DNA from: Asterias rubens
Lineage: Eukaryota
Length of the DNA: 64,000 bases
Direction: 5' to 3'
Assembly: GCF_902459465.1 (NCBI RefSeq)
Contig: NC_047070.1
Span: forward strand, 12,276,001-12,340,000
Positions 12,985-24,700 of this stretch are shown here, piece after piece (positions within the stretch are counted from its first letter, which is position 1; every line of letters begins with the position of its first letter). Below the pieces are notes generated by a model. The model was given only the letters and a program-made list of their open reading frames with translations, was not told where the DNA came from and did not search any database. A program made the position numbers and the translations under genes.

Positions 12985-13888
12985 TTATTTATTTAAACTG
13001 TCTGATATTTCGGTATAAGTTTTTGATAACTTTATTTGCATCTACCTTAGTTTTGGAATGTTTGACCTACGTGACGTTTGGTAGCAAATGAACTCTCAAA
13101 TTAAGTTATAAATCTACTCTATTGCTCATGTTAACACTCATTTTATGTTAAAAGGTCAATCGTAATAATTATCAAGTTCGAAACACAAGTTTTTTTTTAT
13201 TTTGTCGTATTTTTTCCCAATGCATTTGTTATTTTGTATTCACATCTACTTGCCTATTTATCACCCGTTTCATTTTAAAAGGTCACTCGTGTCAAGTTAT
13301 AAATACTAGTTTTATATTTAGGTAGGTTCTGTCACATAAATAACTGTTAATGAAAAAAACTTGTTTGGCCTTCTTATTTATCAAATAATTTAATATTAAT
13401 AACTTATTGTAATTCTCTTATATTTATTTGTTTTTGTTTGATATTTTGATACGAATTTTCGATAGTTTTCTATTATTTGCATGTACTTAATTTGGGAATG
13501 TTTAAACTTACGTGACGTTTGGCAGCAAATAAACTCTCAAAATAATACCTGTTGAATCACCGGTGTCAGAATCCTTCTATAATGCTTTAATTAATGTTGG
13601 TAAAAGAATCTAGTAGCGATTCACTTGATTTCAAGGGAGAAACAAAAAATAACAATGAAACAACTTGTAGATTTATATACACACAAATGGTACAAAGCGC
13701 TAGGGAAATGCAACCAAAAACCCAAAAGAGAATGAGTGAATAGTAAGCAAACATACAACAAGTGTAGAAAATATCAGAAGAAAATTGTAGAAAATATCAG
13801 TTTAGTTTAAAAGATATACCCAAAATTGCCGTCCTCATCAAACAATGCACACATGTGACTAGACTGTGAGTGTTTTCAAACCATCATG

Positions 13889-14040
13889 GGTGCGTTCGAT
13901 CAGCTTCCCTGGGTCGGCACCGATTTGGCGTGTTTTATTTTTTCCAGGACGAACGTGGGGTAATTATGTGCCCACCTTCGTCTTGAAAAAAAAAATACGC
14001 CACATCGGGGTCGACCAATGGAAGCTAAATCGAACGCACC
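13889..14040. mobile_element. 152-bp MITE inside the Zator element
   Basis: TIR GGTGCGTTCGAT at both ends, CATG on both flanks, internally near-palindromic. Confidence 0.75.
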
Positions 14041-15640
14041 CATGTCTGGTTTTTCTGTAGTACGTCGTCCGGAATAATTCAGTACTACACATGCGTTAGA
14101 AGAATGCCAAAACATTAAAGAGGGTCCTAAATTGGTCCTAGAATGTATTCCAAAATAATTTGAGAGAACAAGAATGGTGTGTTTCATGCTTTCATCCACT
14201 GTTCTGTTGTCAGTTTACAATCACGGCCGGCCGCAGTGCGCCGCACTTCACTTCTTCTCCGGGGGGATTAAACATACGTTCAACAACAAAATGTCTTTTT
14301 ATTAAGAACAAATATTTGTTTATTGATTGTTCTTGTTTTTACAAAGTTATAAAACAAACAATTTCACATTCATAACACCGGAGTATTGTCGCGTACTTAA
14401 ACAAAATTTTAAGGAAAAATAATGGTAAGTTTTATCCTTGCTCTATGGTTTGTCATAGTGAAGGGTTTCATCCATCCGTCTTCCATAGTTACAGGATTCA
14501 GTCTACTGTGACCAGTTTTACAACCTCGGCCGGCCGCAGCACGCCGCGTTCTTCTCCGTCCATTGTTAAGACACACAATAGGCCAAATTTAATGAGTTGC
14601 AAACCCCTCGGCGGCGCCGCAGTCAAAATCTCCTCAGAGGGATGGGTCGGCGCCGCCGCACAGAGCCGCAGCGGGCCGCGGCCCGCCGATAAAAATGTTT
14701 TTGACGCTGTCCCTTAATTAGGTGCGTTTGTTTACTTTTTTTATAGTAATTATTTAGCGCAGTCTAGCATGGCATAAACGCCGGCATGCAAAATACAACT
14801 TACAAGTTTAGCTAAATGCTAGGTCAATTATTTTGTGCTAAGGGGTTGAGGGTTCGTTTTTAATTTTCTTAATCATATTTATATAAAAAAAGAAGGGAAA
14901 AAAAGAAATAAATATTTTTCCAAATCATCGGATTTAGCTGAGCCTCCGGGTTGTTGGTGTATGATGGGGGTTGTTGGCGTGGGGTGGGTTGGGCTCGTTT
15001 GTCTCGCAGAGTTGGGGTAGTGGTGAGCCAGAGACTAATTGATCTTTTTTCTTCAGATTAACACGCAGGGAATTATTTTTCTTAATATTTTTTCTGTATG
15101 ATTTTTTCAACAATTCTTTGTTCTGGAGCAACGATTTGTTTTCAGATGACCAGAAGGGAGTTTAATTAAGTCGATGAACAAGGGTTTTGGGGTAAGTTAA
15201 TTACTGGGGTAATCGTTTGCAATTCGAGCGCTGCAAAAAAACTGTAAATAATTCAGAAACAAATATTTTTAAACTTTTATTCAATTTCAGCGACAATGAA
15301 ATAAATATGGGTTGGAAAGTTGACCACCATCTTGAAATCAGTGGAAAGTATTTTAACATAATCATCAACAAATAAAGGTTTGAAAATGGCCTTGGTGCCC
15401 TTTCAGTTGGCCCCTTTCTTTTTGAGAGCTTTTGAGGCCAAGTGGCCTTGCCCCTCTGAAGCTAAAGGTTGAGGCCTGTGAAAGGACATAATATTTCATT
15501 CCATTTAACAGGGATATTCTTTTTCCCCTGATGAGGATATGACTGGAAAAGAATATTCATATCAACTATGACCCCTGACCCATCTCCAGCCCAGCCCCCC
15601 CCCCCCCCCCATAAAAAAAAAGATATACAAATAGGCCTAC

Positions 15641-15697
15641 CGTCGTTATAATTTACATCATTTTCTCTCAACACAATTTCCTGAATAATGAGATTTT
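15641..15697 (-). CDS. Candidate internal exon, possibly of REC8
   Basis: 57-nt open phase-1/phase-1 exon ENLIIQEIVLRENDVNYND with tttctttccaag acceptor and GTAGG donor. It weakly resembles the kleisin EITLRE-type motif. Confidence 0.3.
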
Positions 15698-15872
15698 CTT
15701 GGAAAGAAAATACACTTGTTGACGGATAACAAGCCATACAACTCGATGAGCATGGTTTCAATAGAACCAATTAATTTGTAATGTATATCCTTTTAAGGTT
15801 ACATGGTACAACAGGCATTATATTTTTGTGAAATTAATCAAACACAACAATTTATAAATATAATTACCGATG

Positions 15873-16247
15873 CAGACCTGCCAACCTTGTAAAAAAAAAT
15901 TGAGTACCACATTATCGCAGCGGCATAAATCAGATCGCCCAGTGCACGTCGGCATATGGCACAATGCTTAGGGTCAGTCAGCAAAAACCATGGACCACTT
16001 CATCTAGATGAACCATTCATTTAATGTAATTATATATCATATTCACACAAAATACAGGCTACTTCATAAAATAAAATAAAGGTGTATCATGATATCAGTG
16101 TTTATCTTAGGGGTGGTTTGTGTGGCCTTTTCTGACTTTTTGTGCTCGTGACCTTAACAGTCTGGAAAAAAAATGAAAAAGAAATAACCAGTTGACTGCT
16201 GAAACTATGTTCCAAATGCCTAGATCAAGGATTTAAAACTGAAGGGG

Positions 16248-16284
<37 letters not shown>

Positions 16285-17257
16285 CACAAAAAAATTGGCC
16301 AGGGGTTTCCCTATGGGCGGTGAGCCCATTTTCACACATTTCTGATCCATAACATATATTAATTTCATTGACAAGCTCTGTTGAACAATGTTCCTAAATT
16401 ATTAGTAACTTAAACTCGGCATGCAAATATTATAACTTGATATCCAGCTTTGGTTGCCCAGTAAACGGACAAACGAAAGCCCACCGTAGAGTTTTCCAGT
16501 TCCACTTCAATTCAGGCATGCTTCAATTCATCATTTGTTTCCCTTATCAGGCTTAAATACAAAGATTACAGGCCATTAAATTCCCATTATTCTCCCCAAA
16601 TTGGGAAAATTCAAGACGTAAATAATAACATGACTACCTCCTGACCTAAACTGCTGCCGCTCATTGAGTGAGATGTCTAAATCAAATGAAGTGTGTGGAC
16701 TGCCGACTGCACGCGTGCATTCTCTTTTTTCCAGGTGGAGGAGTACTTTTTCCCCCATCACTGACACTTGGCCTTCGATCGGCGTCCATGTTGCATAGTA
16801 TAAACACACGGCGACGCCGAACGAAATCGAGCCGAACACGTGCGTTGTGTGCACGTACATGTACATGTACATCCATGCATAAGGCTGTACATGTACTATA
16901 CCAGGTTGACCGAACTGGTATGCGCCATTCCCACCCCCTCTGTTACGCATTGGTTTATTAGTTTTCCAGCGGGAGTAAGAATTTAAACAATAATTCTAAG
17001 CACAACCTCTTTTTTATCGAAGCGCATAATGATCACTCAGATGTGGGGTGTTTTTGATCTGTTGTTTTTGCACTTGGGGTTGAACGAATAACAGTTGATT
17101 GAATTGAGAACAAAATTGTCTGTTCGTGCTGCAGTTTTAAAACACCGCGATATAGATTTAGCTTTTTGCGTACGTGCTGCAGCATATCTCGTACCACTGT
17201 ACTCAGGGGTGAAAATGCGTGCATGGTATGCAAAATGCGTACAGGTTGGCAGGTCTG
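15873..17257. mobile_element. Non-autonomous TIR element, 1385 bp
   Basis: 15-bp perfect TIR CAGACCTGCCAACCT. CCGATG duplicated at 15867-15872 and 17258-17263. Confidence 0.75.
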
Positions 17258-19678
17258 CCGATGTCATTACCGGGAATACCCAGGTGTCAAAGGAGAAGCA
17301 TAGACTTGGTCATATTAAAATTTAAATTATTTGTGTATCAAAGAGTTACAGATTTCAAGTGGGGCTTGATATTAGAGACAAAATCAATCAATGGGTTGGC
17401 CTCGTTGGATGGAATTTGAGTCGGTGGTCTGACTTGTCCTTTTGGCTGGTGTAAACATATTTACAACAGAAGACTTGGCATCTACCGATGCCTTTCTCAT
17501 GGAACCTAGGTAGACGCTCGCACGGAAGTTCACGTGCAATGCCAGTGCCTCAATTAGTGACATGAAGTGCCCTGGGAAGTGTGTCGATGGCTTGGGTGAT
17601 GGGAAGTTCTTCACAGCGTCAAGCATCTCTGCAGCTTTCGCGGGATTCGCAGTGCAGTGGAGGCAGTCGGTAGGGCTAACGCACTTTGAGAAAATGGACA
17701 TTCCAATGCGGCGATCCAGATGTTTACAAGCAAACTTGTATTCATCGTAGGTTGGCTTGTTTGCTTTGAGATGTGTTGCTGAGCTGCTGATGGTCTTGTG
17801 GATAGCTCGGTACTCTGTCGACGGATATGGCTGCTCTGGTTCCCCACTCTTCTTTACTACTGTGCATATGGGCCTCCCAGAAAATGTTGTGTAGGCCCAG
17901 TATCTCTGTTGGATGGAGTCCATTGCAGCATTGAAAACGTTATGTTCTTTAGCTATCTTCTCGTCTAACGACAAACCCGCTTGCGCGCAAGGCGGACGGG
18001 TCTCGTCTTCCAGTACGGCCGGTAGATAGACAGACTTTAGAGCTTGGGTGCATGGTGACCATAGTCGTTCAACAGGATTCAGCGTAGAATCTCCCGGACA
18101 ATAGGATGTCACAACCAATGCATCCAGGTTGCAACAGTCTGCCATAATAAAACTCGTTGACTGCGTGGTTGACGCTGAAGTCTGCTCCACCATCGACAAG
18201 TAAGACTAGTTAAAGCTAGCCCCTTTGCCACCTGCTCCTTCAGACCAAGCTCACCAATCATGTCATTCATGTGTGTAGCTATGCTGCACGGTGAGTGCGG
18301 ACTTCGCAAGATGATTGTCGCCTGATGCTTTTGAGGAAGCCTGTATAAAAGAGAATACGAAAAATATGAAGCAACGTACCATGTTCAAGCAATGAGCGGT
18401 CTATTCTAGCAAAATTTAGCGATGCATGTGGGACTGACGAATATCATTGTTTTGAAATTAGCCTGCCCCCCCTCCACCCCGATATTTTAGCTTATTATTC
18501 ACTACAGTTGCCAAACAAACTATGGCGCCACCGGGGGTTTTTTTTTTTTGGCTTTGACTTGTCAAACTCTTCTACTTAAAAGTGGAGGCTCTTTGATGGA
18601 AATTATTTGTCGAGTGTACTCATTTCTAATGGAGTTCTTATAACGTGTTTAAAAACAATCATCTAGCCTCCCGGTAAATTGATGTAAAATAGAGTTTTAT
18701 TTCAAAATCTTTTAGATCAATATTAGAAAGAAGACGCATATTTTTCTAACGAAAAATAATAGATGTTAAATTTGCATCGGGATGAAGAATATTTATTTTG
18801 GTTTTTACCCATAGACGTACACCGATTTGTGTTAGCGCTGTCTTGATGAAACTATCAAAGAAACAGCGCAGGCGCTTGTCTTTTGAGTGAAGCCAATTAT
18901 AACAAACTGAAACGAAATGAATAACAAACTGTGGACTGCAACCAGAGGCTTAGCACCAGCGGCTTGGTCTTTGAGTGAAGCAAAAGTGTAACAAACTGAA
19001 CAAATGTGTAAACAAACTGAAGAGGGTTAAGATTAGAGTAATTTAATCTCAACAGGAGCGTCAATCATTCTCTCAACCCAGCTGGAAAGTGTCTGGGGCT
19101 TACATTAAATCTACGATTAAATAAAAGGAATGACTAGATTTTTTCTTACTGTCAGCAAAACCTGCCCGCTTCTTTTTTTCCATTTACTCTTGACTTGGAT
19201 CACAATACTTACACGAATCGGTCTCTTCCAAGATCCTCCTTCGTCATATCGGGGGATGGCTGCCACTTGAGATAACCGGATGGCACAATGTTATAGCTTG
19301 GAGTTACCAAGTCATGTCATGGTCATGCTAGTTGGGGGCATCTGTAGTTGGGACAAACTTTCTCACTGTGATGCGACGATCAACTGCAAAAGTCTGTTGA
19401 CCCACTTTCACTTTGTTCTTGTTGTCGCTGGAGTATACCACCGCAACCTTGTTGAATTTGGAGGCTAGTTCAAGGGCATAACGAACCCTGGCAGAGTAGA
19501 AATGGCTGTTGTCGTTGACCTTTCTAGTTGAGTTTTCCTTGGCCGGAACTCGAGCGTCAATCAGCCCCTTGTATTCGGACGCTTTCTTGAGAACTTATTT
19601 GGAGGTTTCATCCACCGTGCAATGGTTCCGAGGCCTGCAGGGAAACAACATGTGTATTTATTATTATTATTGATTTTG

Positions 19679-19741
19679 GGGTTGAACAAAGAATTGACTA
19701 GAGTGGGATTCGAACCAACGACCTCCGGATTAACGTGCCGG
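19679..19741 (-). mobile_element. tRNA-derived SINE fragment in a transposase intron
   Basis: B-box GGTTCGAATCCC followed by a non-tRNA tail (actctagtcaattctttgttcaacc). Confidence 0.7.
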
Positions 19742-19959
19742 TTGTTAATATTAACAGAGACATACTGTATTTATACCACCTCAAAAGGTTGCGAACTTTT
19801 TATAAATTTTATTTTCCTAAAAAACAAAAGACATTTCATGGCCAGAGTATTTAAGCATATACTTAAATTTCACCAGTTTACAACGCAACACAGTCTAGCT
19901 ATTTCCCCCTATAATAAGGCCTGCATTTTAATTTTGCAAAACCCCACACAAAAATTAGT

Positions 19960-20292
19960 GAGACAACTCGACCATTCGGACAACTCGTCTGACGTTTTTT
20001 TTTTTAACCGTCGGACAACTCGACTAAGAAGCAAGACAAGTCGACGGATGACCGTGACGGCGGGGCCTGGAATTTGGGGGGGGGGGGGGGGGGGGGGCGT
20101 GACGTACCGTACTGTACAGACTTATTGTTTTCATTGTTTTTGCTAATAAATTGTGTATCATATAAAATATCAACTGTACATGTGACTCTGATGATTGCAA
20201 TCGTTAGGCCTTAGTGTGTTCAATTAAATAAAATAATGTAAATATTCTTTTAATAGTCGAGTTATCCGAATGGTCGAGTTGTCCGACAACCC
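19960..20292. mobile_element. MITE in a transposase intron
   Basis: Inverted repeat gacaactcgaccattcggaYaactcg at both ends. Confidence 0.6.
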
Positions 20293-21180
20293 ATATGTGT
20301 AGTTTTTTTTTTCTCAATCTATGTATGAGTTTGGGTGGTTCTAAAGAGAACCGTTGGTTTCAGTTCAAAGTATCGATCAGTATGATCTGATCATCTTTTG
20401 GAGAAAGAACTCCACATTTTTAGGTGTAGAAAAGAATATCTGCCAAAAATTCTACTATGCAACACACGACACAATCATCATAATTATAAAATTTACTTAT
20501 CTGTACCTATGTTTGGACGGTTCTCCTGCAGACCTGGGAGAGTATGTAACAGGTGGTGACCTGTTTCAGTAAACGACTTGGCCGATTCCACGATGTTTGG
20601 GTATAAACTGCGCAAAGCAGGTCGTCCCCGTGGTCGCTTGATGCTTGTAGCATTTGTAGGTTCTTGCTCTTTTGCCTTTGGCTTTGGACTCTAAGATTAA
20701 CCTTGGGCCGATTTTGCAAAGCTTCCATCACATCCTTACTCAACACGGTCGCCATGATTGTGTGGATAAATTGAGTTTGGGGTTGTTAATGTTAGTAATC
20801 CTTATCACCATGGAGTCCATGCTATCCCTAAACTATAGCACTATAGAGAAAAAGCACAGCATACACTGTAGGTTACAACACCTTTTACGTGACTTTTCTT
20901 TGTTAAAGTTCCAGTGTTTTAACATTAACAATAATGTGGTAAAGCTTCCATCTGGGCACTACAGATGTACCTTCAGCCAAACAAAAGAGTACCGGCCCCT
21001 TACCACGGTGAAGATCAAACATGCACCGTCACCCATTCAACTAGATGTTTTCTAATAATAGACTGTATTCAAAGAAAATGATGCAGATCGCTTCACACGT
21101 AGGACCCTTGAAAGTTTTACCTCATCCTTCTGCAAGGTTTCAAGAGTACAAGACGTCTTTTTACAAATCTTTGCATGATC

Positions 21181-22317
21181 ATGGCCGTCAGTAAAGTAAC
21201 AATTAGATGGCTGAATAGATGGCAAGATGTTGAAGAAGTTGTTTCTAGGAGCAGGGTGAAAACCCGTGATCCACTTGAGATTGGCATGGAAGTTCAGGTG
21301 AAATACAAGTCCAATCAATTCAAGGCAGCAATTGTCAAAATACATGAAAAAAGTAATACAATATCGGTTATGCTGATTTATTATTTATTGATTATAGCCG
21401 AATTACAGCGTCAACGTTTCTTAACAAATGCAATAAAAATTCATCTGAAAGCAGGACGTAGAGTGTGTCAACATCGATAGTATATTATACTTTAGACACC
21501 CCGTTACATAGCTTGTTGCCCCATAATCACACTTGGTTGTTATAGAAAGAAGCCGTAATACTAGTTCAAGTACAACATCCTGCAATGGTATAATTGAATT
21601 CCATGTAAACAAATATAGAACTAATATTTAATCATTAAAACTTAAGTAAATGATATAGACCTGGTTTTTGTAACAGCTAAACTTAAAAAAACAAAAACAT
21701 TTTTGTTTAAACATATTTTGAGAATATGTTTACTTTTGAAAGTTTTTTCTTCTTCAAAATATTAACAGCACACACCTAAATTCCTAGGGTGAGTCTTGAC
21801 TTAAAATGTTAAGAACTATAAAACCGTCTCACTCTGTCCTTTTGTGGAGTCGGACTATACATACTTAAAGCTGATAGTTAAGTTTTAATCGGTAATTCCC
21901 TTTGAAATTCCTGATGTTCATTACTGTTGATTTCTTTTTCTGTTTCAGAGAGGCCACTTAGCGAGGATAGTGATTCTGAAGACGACATGCCACTTGCTCT
22001 TATTAAAAGGCCTGCAGTTATGTCTGTCCTTGATGAAGCAGCCCTTCCTGCAACCCCTCATCAGCAGCCGACCGAAGTTGTTGCAGATCCCGCAACCGCT
22101 CATCACCGGCCACCGACCGAAGAAGCCGAACCCGCAACCGATCATCACCAGCCACCGACTGAACCCGAAGTCGTTGCTGAACCCGCAACCCCTCATCACC
22201 AGCCACCGACCGAACCCGAAGTCATTGCAGACCCCACAACCCATAATAACCAGCCACCGACAGAACCCAAAGTCGTTGCTGAACCCGCAACCCCTCATCA
22301 CCAGCCACCGACCAAAC
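21181..22317 (+). CDS. Accessory gene of the second Zator-type element, exons 1-2 (small beta-barrel-like domain, acidic patch, Pro/His repeats); BEN exon not found
   Basis: Exon 21181-21352 (MAVSKVTIRWLN...EVQVKYKSNQFKAAIVKIHEK) splices in phase 1 to 21949 (KRPLSEDSDSEDDMPLALIKR), which is homologous to the exon start at 11836. Confidence 0.65.
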
Positions 22318-22693
22318 GTACGTATTTCTCACAACCTGCTTTTAATAATTATTTTTGTTTGTTAGTTTTACAGTTTGTGTAAAAATGGCAGTTAAAAATT
22401 TGAAAAAGACTTGACTGTTTTACATACTTTGTTGTGTCTCTCAGGAATAACAAATAAAATGTTCTTATTCCCATCTAACTTTGCTGTTATAATTATAGTA
22501 CAACTTCCACGGTTTGAAGATATAATGATGAGTAAAACAAGTCATGAAAACGTCTCAGTGAGACGATAATTGTTTTAGCGTGTAAAAATAATTATCGTGC
22601 CCCGTTTCTGAAAACTACATCACCTCGTCAATTAATATTACATGAGAAGCCTCCTATCATTGTCTTCATACTGTGTTAGTTGAAAATAATCAG

Positions 22694-23190
22694 CCGACTT
22701 TGTGTTACAAAAGTATCCCAATCTTTTTAAACAAGAACTCGACCTTCCGAGTTAAACCCGTAACCTGAAGAAAAAAGCCGCCTTAATTTTTTTTTAAGTT
22801 GGGGTTTTTGAGTACCTAACATGCGATGGTCTATTTGGGTAATTATTTTATTCACCATCAAATAATTAGTACACCCAATTGCTAGTTTTGCCACATCGTT
22901 TAACACTGGACAATTGATAGAATATTTCAGAAACGTCCGAGTAAGTCGGCCGACTTTGTGTTATAAAATGTAGGCTACCCCAGTCCTTTTAAACAAGTTG
23001 AACCCGTAACCTGAAGGGGAAAAAAACGCCTTTAAAGTTGGGGTTTTTGAGTACCTCACATGCGATGGTCGTGTGTGGTCATTATTTTATTCACCATCAG
23101 AGAATTATACACCTTAATGCTAGTTTTGCCACATCGTAAAACACTGAAGAATTTACAAAACATTCCAGAAAGATCCGAGAAGTGAGTAGG
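22694..23190. repeat. Tandem duplication of a ~255-bp unit
   Basis: gccgactttgtgtta...aagttggggtttttgagtacct...gctagttttgccacatcgt occurs twice. Confidence 0.8.
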
Positions 23191-23684
23191 AAAATCGTGA
23201 CACTTTTAATAAAAAACGAACTGGGCCCCAGGCTTATGGACTCTGGAGATCGCTGGAGATCGGAAATCTAACAACTATATTTTTTACAAGCCGCGGTCGC
23301 TTGCGAGCACTCGCATTTATAGTTCGATGATTCCATTGATTACGTTCACAATAGCGGTACACAATAGGTGTAGTTAATGAGCTGGCCCATAAACTTAACT
23401 CTGGCAGACGACCGCGAGCTGAAGGTCGGCTTTCTGCCCTATTGTTGTCAGCACTAATCCCGTCCAGGAGCAGTGGGGAATGCGGGCGCTTGCAGGAAAA
23501 CGCTATTTATTGGTGCCTCGCCTAAGTAGATGCAGTCGCTTTCAAAGCATTGATACACCTTCTCCATGGTTAATGCAATACAATGTTCATCTTCATGGGT
23601 TGGGGACTTCTTGAGGGGAGTCTATAACATTGTCATGAAGCTGGCGGGAAGTTCCTGGCTGGGTCGACGCTCTGCTAGCAGCCG

Positions 23685-24700
23685 CTAGAACCGTCCTCCC
23701 CGCTCTGCCCTCTGTCCGGAGTACATCCTCAAATAACAGTCTGTGAATGTATTTGGGGTCTTCCAGCAGGCTGCCTGTGTAATATCACTCAAAGAAACAT
23801 CTTTAAAAAATGCCCATGATGTGGAGGCTGCCCGAATTTTGTGGACGTTAACCCTCTCCGACGTTGGCAGGTTCGCGTCTGAGCGTATCGCTGCGACGAG
23901 CCATCGAGTAATCGTGTCCCGGGACGCCGGGCCATGCGGCGGCGTCAACGTAATGAACAACTGTGGGTGGTTACGCAGCGGTTCCGTTCGGCTGACATAC
24001 CACTTAAGTGCCCTGACTGGGAACCATAGCTTGTCTTTCCGGACCGACGAGTGGGACTTAATGTCTGGCGGCAAAAACGTATCAGACTGGTACTTGGTCA
24101 GAAAACCCGTCGCGGGTATCAGACGAACCCAACTTGGTTCCCACCGGATGTGGCCTGGCTCGGTCGACAGGGAGTGAAGCTCACTGCGACGCCTCGACGT
24201 AGCCACGGCTAACAAGAAAGTCAATTTAATGGATAGTTGCAACAGCGTTGCGCTAGCCATTGGTTCATAAGGCGGTCCCATGCAGGTCCCATGCAGGTAC
24301 CAGCCTCCGTACCGGAGGCCGGGACACAAACATCCCCTTAAGCAGCTGGCCAAGAGCCCGACTGTTGGAGACGGAGGACCCATCCGGAAACCCATTGTGA
24401 ACGGCCGAAATTGCTGACCGGTAGTTCTTAATCTTGAGATTGGCCTCAAAAAGGTAGACCAAGAAATCTGCTACCTCCCCTACATTAGTATTGGGGGGGA
24501 TGTAGAGACCTCTGCCTGCACCGTCGGTAAAAATGTCGTAGCCTGCTGTCATACACCTTTCTGGTGGATGCCCGCCGGCTACATGCTGCAATTTCCGCAG
24601 CTCGTCGTGAAAGGCCTGCTGCGCAGAGTGACTGCGTGACAGCACCCAGCACGTCAGGTGGAGATGTTGGGGGGCTGGGTGCAGTAGGCCCGAGCTGGGT
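23685..24700 (-). pseudogene. DIRS tyrosine recombinase
   Basis: STRKVYDSRLRHF...KIKNYRSAIS...LLAVATSRRRSELHSL...HKIRAASTSWAF...AACWKTPNTFTDCYL; frameshifted. Confidence 0.9.

Larger units (their letters stand above)
7178..14713 (-). mobile_element. Zator-type DNA transposon with both ends intact, centrally deleted, carrying transposase (-) and BEN-domain gene (+)
   Basis: ~43-bp imperfect TIRs GGGACAGCGTCAAAAA..GGCCGCGGCCCGC at 7178 and 14713. TTA TSD at 7175-7177 and 14714-14716. GG termini, TWA TSD and DD43E spacing fit the Zator superfamily. Confidence 0.88.
17384..20750 (-). pseudogene. Second, diverged Zator-type transposase, multi-exon and degenerate
   Basis: Exons ~20507-20750 (KRPRGRPALRSLYPNIVE...PGLQENRPNIG), 19213-19634 (TIARWMKPPNK...YSSDNKNKVKVG...HDHD) and 17384-18340 (VDGGADF...YCPGDSTLNPVERLW). 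The phase-2 intron is at the same position as in the first copy. Confidence 0.85.

Noticed and set aside
16060-16170. Strong acceptor as a possible REC8 exon
   Set aside because: The phase-1 reading hits a stop immediately, and it lies inside the TIR element 15873-17257
20065-20098. Long G/C homopolymers (also ~1520, 1800, 10718, 15596, 35156, 61798) as G-quadruplex signals
   Set aside because: Common in this sequence, often inside repeats, and their length is error-prone in assembly
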